Part shown: one piece after another, positions 26,007 to 32,000 of the stretch
How positions within the stretch are numbered: position 1 is the stretch's first letter
Layout: every line of letters begins with the position of its first letter
DNA from: Geobacter sulfurreducens PCA
GTDB lineage: Bacteria > Desulfobacterota > Desulfuromonadia > Geobacterales > Geobacteraceae
Direction: 5' to 3'
NCBI RefSeq assembly: GCF_000007985.2
Contig: NC_002939.5
Span: forward strand, 2,190,001-2,222,000
Length of the DNA stretch: 32,000 bases
Notes under the pieces: model-generated
The model's database searches: none
Seen by the model: only the letters and a program-made list of their open reading frames with translations
What the model was told of the DNA's origin: nothing
Made by a program: the position numbers and the translations under genes

Positions 26007-27112
26007 TGGCGTATCCTCCGAATGGAATCGAGCCATCCTTCGAGCGCAGAAACCACATGGGCCGCAGAAGCCTCTTTCTCCTCTGCAACGTTGAGCGACG
26101 ACTCGGCCGACACAGCGACCTCCAGAGGAATATCGACCTCATGTGCCGACTCGACGGCAAAACCGGAAGCCGCCTCTTCCTTGAAAGCCTCCCTATCCGC
26201 GGTCAAGTCTCCCTGGATTTGGGCCGTCGTATCGGTAGCGGAAACAGCTTCTGCCAGGACAGATTCGCGGGCGCGGGCCTCATCTTCATCGATGCGCTTC
26301 TTGAGGTCCACCATCCGGTTGCGGATATCCTCATTAAGGGGATCGGCATCCAGCAGGTCGCGATAGATGGCAAGCGCTTTCTTGGGGAACCCCTGGGCTA
26401 TGTACAGATCCGCGACGGTTCCGGTACTCAGGACATCGCGCGGGCTCGGAACGTCGGCGTTCGCGACGGGCTCTTCATCGAGAAGAACATCCGCGAACGA
26501 CTCTTCTGCAAGCGGAGGGGGCGGCGCATGTGCCGTAAAAGCTGCCAAATCTTCCTCGTCGACAACTTCGTCTACCAGTTCTTCAATAATCTCGATCTCT
26601 TCCAGGAGCGACTCATCTTCCAGATCAATGGCGGCAGCGGCGCCCATCTCGTTAAAAAGATCGTCGGCGCGGTCGGCATTTTCACGGGGCTGTCGGCACA
26701 TGGCGTCAAGCATGAGCTTGCTTTCCAGATCGCCAGGGCTGAGTGAAAGGATAATCTCCAGGCACCGGCGGGCGAGATCGCTTTCCCCGGCATCAACATA
26801 GATCTGGCTGAGGAGTTTTTGGGCCAGAAGATTATCCGGCGTTACCCGTACGACCTTCTCCAGGGCTGCCCTGCTCTCCGTCCGCTCCCCTTTTTCGAAA
26901 CAGGCGCGGCCGAGAGCCATGTACCCCCCGACATACTCCGGATGCTGCCCGATCCCCGTCCGGGCCGTCATGATGGCGTCGTCCAGTAGCCCTACCTTGC
27001 GATACAGCTCAGAAAGAGGCGCAAAGCAGTACGATCCGGGATCTTTGGCCAGGATATCCTCATAGCGCTTGATGTCGGTCCAGAACGATTCGGTTCCGTG
27101 TTCCATGGTCAT
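25985..27112 (-). CDS. TPR-repeat protein with a long acidic low-complexity C-terminal half
   Basis: 375 aa. The N-terminal ~150 aa are TPR-like (A/L/Y-periodic helices, e.g. [31 protein letters not shown]). The remainder is D/E-rich ([25 protein letters not shown]). ATGA overlap with the aroB stop. Confidence 0.7.
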
Positions 27113-28197
27113 TCCCCCACGCCGCAGATGCCGAATACTTCAGACAGGTTTTCGATCCTGACGATCTCATGGCCGCCTATTCCCCGGTTGAGTACGAAGT
27201 CCAGCCCGCGATCCCGAGCCTTCTTATCGCGCAGAAGTACATCCCGGTAGCTGTCTGCATCAAACGACGGGAGTTCGGTCGGCAGCCCCAAGGCCTCCAC
27301 AAGTGCGCGAATCCGTCGGGTATCTCCGGCCGAAGAGTGCCCCCGGGCCTCTGCCAGGACAGCGGCCCGGACCATGCCAATGGCGACCGCCTCCCCGTGG
27401 AGAACGGCAGTGTAGCCCGTCAGCGCCTCCACGGCGTGGCCGAACGTGTGCCCGTAGTTGAGGACCGCCCGAAGTCCGGTCTCGCGTTCATCCTGCTCCA
27501 CGACCCAGGCCTTCAGCGCACAGCAACGCGTAATGGCACGGACCAACGTCTGCCGGTCTCGCCCGAGAAGAGCGCTCACATTCTGTTCGAGAAACGCGAA
27601 GAACTTTCCGTCGAGCACCACGCCATATTTGATGACTTCGGCAAGGCCGCCGAGATACTCACGCTGGGGGAGAGTTGCAAGGGTGTCCACGTCAATGAGA
27701 ACCGCTCTGGGCTGATGGAACGCGCCGATCAGATTCTTGCCCAGTGGATGGTTGATGCCGGTCTTGCCGCCCACGCTGCTATCCACCTGAGCGAGGAGCG
27801 TGGTCGGGACCTGCACGAAGGGAACACCGCGCAGATACGTGGCAGCGGCATAACCGGCCAGGTCTCCAACCACCCCTCCGCCAAGGGCAACAAGAAGAGA
27901 GTCCCGCGTCAATCCGCCTTTGATGAGTTCGTCATAGACACTAGTGAGGGTGACAGAAGTTTTATGCTCTTCTCCATCGGGGATATCAATGCGAAGCACG
28001 GTAAAACCGGCGGCGGTCAACGAATCAACAACACCGTCCGCATAGAGGGGACCAACGGTGGTATTGGTCACAACGGCCACGCGCCTGCCGGCCACAGCGT
28101 CACGACACACGGCGCCGATCGTGCCGATGATCGCCGAGCCGACGCGAATATCGTAGCTCCGTTCACCGAGTTCTACTCTCAGTGTCTCGATGGTCAT
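27109..28197 (-). CDS. aroB: 3-dehydroquinate synthase
   Basis: 362 aa. [17 protein letters not shown]-binding motif, [12 protein letters not shown], and metal ligands in [10 protein letters not shown]...HGEAVAIGM. Confidence 0.92.
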
Positions 28198-28721
28198 TGA
28201 TGCTCCCGGACAAAGGTGGCGATTTCTGTGACCACATCTTCCACGCTTTTGCCGGCAGTGTCAATCCTCAAGTCCGCATCGGCGTAAGCGTTCTCACGAG
28301 CTGTCATGAGCGCGGCCAGAGCCTCCGGAGTGTTGTTACTCTTCAACAACGGGCGCTCCCGATCGCCCTTCAGCCGAGACAGGATCACCTCAAGCGAAGC
28401 CGTGAGGTTCACCACCAATCCCGCCTCGCGGAGCAACACTCTGTTCCGGGGCGCAATGACCGCCCCACCGCCGGTGGCCACCACCCGGCCGGAAACGCCA
28501 CCAAGGGAACGAATCGCTTCCGTTTCCAGCTCACGGAATCGTTGTTCCCCATACCGCTCGAATATCTCGTTGATGGAGATGCCGGCCCGCTCCACGATCA
28601 ACGCATCCAGGTCACTGAAGCGGTAGCCGAGGCGCCTTGCCAGGAGCTTTCCCACCGTGCTCTTGCCGGTTCCCATGAAACCGGTCAGGACCACGTTGCG
28701 CCCGTCAGAAGGCACGGACAT
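28194..28721 (-). CDS. aroK: Shikimate kinase
   Basis: P-loop [16 protein letters not shown], and GGGAV (the GGG loop typical of shikimate kinases). The start is uncertain: ATG 28721 or ATG 28739, both overlapping the end of aroC. ATGA overlap with the aroB start. Confidence 0.85.
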
Positions 28722-29886
28722 ACTCCAGGTACCCCTCATAGTTGCGCCGTACTTCCCCGAGCGAATCACCGCCGAACTTCTCCAGCATGGCATTGGCCAG
28801 TTCAAGGGCCACCACAGCCTCTGCAACCACCGCCGCTGCGGGAACGGCACAGACATCGGAACGCTCCACCGTAGCCTCAAAAGGCTCTTTGGTCTGCATA
28901 TCAACGGAGCGGAGCGGCCGATAGAGGGTGGGAATCGGCTTCATGGCAGCGCGGATGACGATATCCTCGCCGTTGGTGATACCGCCTTCAATGCCGCCGG
29001 CATTATTGCTCTTGCGGTAGAAACCTGAAAGTTCGCCTCGGCTTATTCTTGTGGAGTCATAGTAGATTTCGTCATGGACCTGGGAGCCGGGGCGGCGGGC
29101 GGCATCGAAACCGAGCCCGATCTCCACCCCCTTGATGGCCTGAATGCTCATGACCGCCATGGCCAAGCGGGCGTCAAGCTTGCGATCCCACTGCACGTGG
29201 CTGCCAAGCCCCACGGGCAGGCCGGAGGCGATTATCTCAACCACTCCACCCACCGTGTCGCCAGCCTCACGTGCGCCATCGATAAAGGCCTTCATCCGCT
29301 CTTCAGCCTCGGCATCATAGGTAAAGAGCTCGGACGCGGCGGACAGCTCTTTCATGCGCTCCAGCTGAAGCGACCGGCGCTCGGCGCGTATCCCCCCCAC
29401 CTCTGAAACAAAACCGTTCACCTCAATGCCGAACGAGGCGAGAAACGCCTTGGCAACAGCGCCAACCGCCACCCTCACCGCAGTCTCGCGGGCGCTGGAA
29501 CGTTCCAGGATGTTGCGCACGTCCCGGTGATCGTACTTCATGGCCCCCGGCAGATCCGCATGCCCGGGGCGGGAGCGGGTCACGCGAATTTTCTCGTCCC
29601 GATGCCGCGCATTGGGGGACATCTTCTCCTGCCAGTTGATCCAATCGCGATTGACGATGCAGAGCGTCACCGGTGATCCGATCGTCTCCCCCCAGCGTAC
29701 TCCGGAGAGTATCTGGGCCTCATCCCGCTCGATCTTCATCCTGCCGCCGCGGCCGTAGCCGCACTGGCGCCGGGCAAGATCGCAATTAATTGATTCATCG
29801 GAAATTTTCAGCCCTGCCGGCAGCCCCTCGATGATTGCCGTAAGTTGAGGGCCGTGGGATTCACCGGCGGTCAGGTAGCGTAGCAT
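28705..29886 (-). CDS. aroC: Chorismate synthase
   Basis: [34 protein letters not shown]-like (ERSSARETA). Start trimmed to ATG 29886 with a GAGGAGA SD. Confidence 0.92.
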   Translation of the reverse strand: MLRYLTAGESHGPQLTAIIEGLPAGLKISDESINCDLARRQCGYGRGGRMKIERDEAQILSGVRWGETIGSPVTLCIVNRDWINWQEKMSPNARHRDEKIRVTRSRPGHADLPGAMKYDHRDVRNILERSSARETAVRVAVGAVAKAFLASFGIEVNGFVSEVGGIRAERRSLQLERMKELSAASELFTYDAEAEERMKAFIDGAREAGDTVGGVVEIIASGLPVGLGSHVQWDRKLDARLAMAVMSIQAIKGVEIGLGFDAARRPGSQVHDEIYYDSTRISRGELSGFYRKSNNAGGIEGGITNGEDIVIRAAMKPIPTLYRPLRSVDMQTKEPFEATVERSDVCAVPAAAVVAEAVVALELANAMLEKFGGDSLGEVRRNYEGYLEYVRAF

Positions 29887-29904
29887 GGTCTCCTCGTTGT
29901 CACG

Positions 29905-29931
29905 CAAAAGCCAGGATTACCCTGGCTTTTG
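29905..29931 (-). terminator. Hairpin plus short U-run between pilQ and aroC (partial terminator)
   Basis: CAAAAGCCAGG-ATTAC-CCTGGCTTTTG, an 11-bp perfect palindromic stem. On the minus strand the core GCCAGG/CCUGGC stem is followed by UUUUG. The aroC SD follows within 10 nt. Confidence 0.6.
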
Positions 29932-29960
29932 TTAAGTAGTATATATTGTATCTTGTTGTA

Positions 29961-32000
29961 TCAGCTCACAATTTTTGGCGTTATGAAAATGAGTAATTCC
30001 GTTTTTGTCTTGTTCTTCGTGTTCGACTTGAATAGCCAGCCAAGGACCGGAATATCCATCAGGAATGGTACCCCTCTGTCTTCATCAGTATCGCTGTCTA
30101 CATAGATACCGCCAATTACGGTGGTTTCACCGTTCTTGACCAACAGTTCGGTGGTTGCCTCCTTCTTGTTAATCGGAGGCGGAGACCCGGTGCCAGCTGA
30201 GTTGTTTGAGGCCTTAATCTTCATGGAAACGCTGCCGTCCGCTGTTATGTGAGGCGTTACTTCGAGTGTCAGCGCCGCCTCCACGAACTCGGTTTTGGTT
30301 CCTTCGGCTGATGTGGTTTGATACGGTATCGACTGACCTTGCGAAATTTTCGCCGCTTTGTTGTTAAGCGTAACAACCTTGGGCGTCGAGACGATCTTAA
30401 CAAGGCCTGCAACGGCTGCTGCCGACAACCGCAGATCAACCTGCAAGCTCCCCATTTTGGCAAAGCTGATCCCAACAGCACCGCCGGATGATGTTGCCGC
30501 AGGGAAGCCGCTGGCCGGCGGCGGCGTTACGATCCCGCCGAATCCGGCATCAACGCTTCTGATAATATCAGCGCCGGAATCGTTGCTGTGTATGCCCCAC
30601 TGGACCCCTAGATCACGAGTGAAGGTGGAGGTTGCTTCCACAATGCGCGCTTCGATGAGCACCTGCTTTTCAGGCAGATCAAGGTTCTTGAGCAGGATGC
30701 GCATTTCAGCCAGGGCCGGCTCGATATCCTTCACGATTACCCGGTTGGTCCGCGCATCCTGGCTGATGGTCCCCCGCTCGCTCTTGACGGCGTTGAACTG
30801 GGACACGATATCCCCCACCGCCGCAAAGTTGATGTCAAAGACCTCTGTCTTCAGCTCCATGCCCCGTTCCTTGGCCCGCTTGAGCGCCTGCTCCTCGTCA
30901 GCCAGGGTCTGGATCTTGGATTTGGGACGAATCTGTACGATATTGCCGTCCCGCTGCATCCCCAGCCCCTTGTTCTCCAGAATGACATCAAGGGCCTGGT
31001 CCCAGGGAACGTTGACCAGTTTAAGGCTGATGGTGCCGGTAACGTCGTCGCCCACGAGGAAGTTGAGATTGCTGACCTCCGCAATCAGCTGGAATATCTT
31101 GCGGATGTCGGCATCGGAAAATTCAAGCGTCACGCGGCGCCCGGTATACGCCTTCTTCGTTCCACCCGACTGGGCGACACCGGCAAGCGGGTCGGTCTCC
31201 CTGGAGGGTTCCTTCTGCCGGACAGCGGCCTGATCCATGCCATCCTGAAGCGTGGGGGAGGCAGGCACATCCGCGACCGGGGGCTCAAAACCTTCTGGGT
31301 TCCGGACGCTCACCTGCAGCAGGTCCCCATCCCGCCTGACATCGTAGGATGCGGGCTGGCGGAGTTGCACTTGGATCTTTACGTCACTGCGCCCCTTCGT
31401 CTTCACCTGGTAGGGGGTAACCTTCTGAACGACACTGGCAAAAGCGCCCGTATCGAGATGACGCTGAAGCTTCTTGGGAAGGATGCAGTTTCTAAGCGTT
31501 ACGCTGAAGCCGTCGGCGGATTTGACCGGTTTGTCGTTGGCACAGGCGCCGGTGACGGCAACAGTGATACGTGAGGTCCCGTCAAGTACTTTGAACTCAA
31601 TGGCATCAACCGCGGGTGTTAAGCCCTTTGCCGGCTCGGCGGACTTCACCGCTTCCGGCTGCCGTGCCTGGGATGCCGAGGCGGACGGCTGCGGAGGGGC
31701 GGCAGCACGAGGTACGTCAACAACCTTGTCAGCCGGGGCAACAATCAGGCCAGCTGCACCTTTAGTTACATTGAGAGGAGAGAGGGTCCCCCCCGCAGCA
31801 TCGAGAACAATCCTGACCTTATCGGGATAAGCACCAATGCGGGCCATCCCTACACCGAGGGCATTCAGGGGAATAGCCTTGGAATTGATGCCGAGCCTGG
31901 CGTCCGAGATATCCACCACCAGCCGGTCGGGCTTGGCAAGGCGGAAGAACTTGAAGTCCTTGATCTCCCCGCTCGTTTCGATCACCAGGTAACCATTCTG
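29961..32000 (-). CDS. pilQ: Type IV pilus secretin PilQ (C-terminal ~680 aa; the N-terminus lies beyond the right edge)
   Basis: The frame stays open to position 32000 (QNGYLVIETSG...), so the ORF-track GTG start is an artefact of the window. AMIN-like N-terminal repeats (RLVVDISDARL; RITVAVTG), a Pro/Ala linker, N0/N1-type and secretin domains, and the canonical C-terminus VPFLMDIPVLGWLFKSNTKNKTKTELLIFITPKIV. Confidence 0.88.
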   Translation of the reverse strand, partial: QNGYLVIETSGEIKDFKFFRLAKPDRLVVDISDARLGINSKAIPLNALGVGMARIGAYPDKVRIVLDAAGGTLSPLNVTKGAAGLIVAPADKVVDVPRAAAPPQPSASASQARQPEAVKSAEPAKGLTPAVDAIEFKVLDGTSRITVAVTGACANDKPVKSADGFSVTLRNCILPKKLQRHLDTGAFASVVQKVTPYQVKTKGRSDVKIQVQLRQPASYDVRRDGDLLQVSVRNPEGFEPPVADVPASPTLQDGMDQAAVRQKEPSRETDPLAGVAQSGGTKKAYTGRRVTLEFSDADIRKIFQLIAEVSNLNFLVGDDVTGTISLKLVNVPWDQALDVILENKGLGMQRDGNIVQIRPKSKIQTLADEEQALKRAKERGMELKTEVFDINFAAVGDIVSQFNAVKSERGTISQDARTNRVIVKDIEPALAEMRILLKNLDLPEKQVLIEARIVEATSTFTRDLGVQWGIHSNDSGADIIRSVDAGFGGIVTPPPASGFPAATSSGGAVGISFAKMGSLQVDLRLSAAAVAGLVKIVSTPKVVTLNNKAAKISQGQSIPYQTTSAEGTKTEFVEAALTLEVTPHITADGSVSMKIKASNNSAGTGSPPPINKKEATTELLVKNGETTVIGGIYVDSDTDEDRGVPFLMDIPVLGWLFKSNTKNKTKTELLIFITPKIVS

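Noticed and set aside
29941-29962. Short direct repeat TTGTATC x2 and an AT-rich stretch between the pilQ stop and the hairpin; a possible aroC promoter (TTGTGA ... TACAAT)
   Set aside because: The repeat is only 7 bp. The -35/-10 spacing is poor (15-16 bp) and the -35 element is weak. This is not enough evidence to call a promoter or binding site.

Overview
High-GC (about 60% by eye) chromosomal core region. Gene content and order look like Geobacter or a close Desulfuromonadales relative; this is an inference from recognised protein motifs, since no search was possible. I call about 32 protein genes, densely packed.

Minus-strand block 1-8153: a PDZ/radical-SAM gene that runs off the left edge, an AI-2E permease, hfq, miaA, mutL, a flavoprotein, a small exported protein and a long UbiD-family decarboxylase.

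Plus-strand block 8513-13658: a sigma54-type promoter followed by a livK/H/M/G/F-like ABC transporter and a CBS-pair protein.

Central genes: nifS-nifU and a phosphoglucomutase on the minus strand. On the plus strand, a small cysteine-rich PxxKW-type protein followed by a Nudix hydrolase.

Minus strand 18457-32000: a membrane PAS-GGDEF-EAL protein, an MqnA-like protein, then one long tightly coupled run (aroC-aroK-aroB-TPR-Roadblock/LC7-aroQ-pepP-accB-accC-gcvH) directly downstream of a partial pilQ secretin gene.

I found no rRNA, tRNA, CRISPR array, transposase, integrase or prophage signal, and no obvious defence island or foreign-composition segment.

The most interesting items, none of them proven novel:
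1. A TPR + Roadblock/LC7 pair embedded in the pilQ-proximal shikimate operon.
2. The self-contained PxxKW mini-protein unit coupled by read-through to a Nudix gene.
3. Two near-canonical sigma54 -24/-12 elements. One has tandem dyad repeats upstream of the liv operon. The other sits so close to the GGDEF-EAL start codon that it predicts a nearly leaderless mRNA.
4. A stand-alone gcvH fused to the accBC operon.
5. A structured roughly 200-nt GC-rich leader upstream of the phosphoglucomutase gene.

All product calls rest on motif recognition in the supplied translations. Several ORF-track starts were trimmed to internal ATGs that have Shine-Dalgarno sequences.
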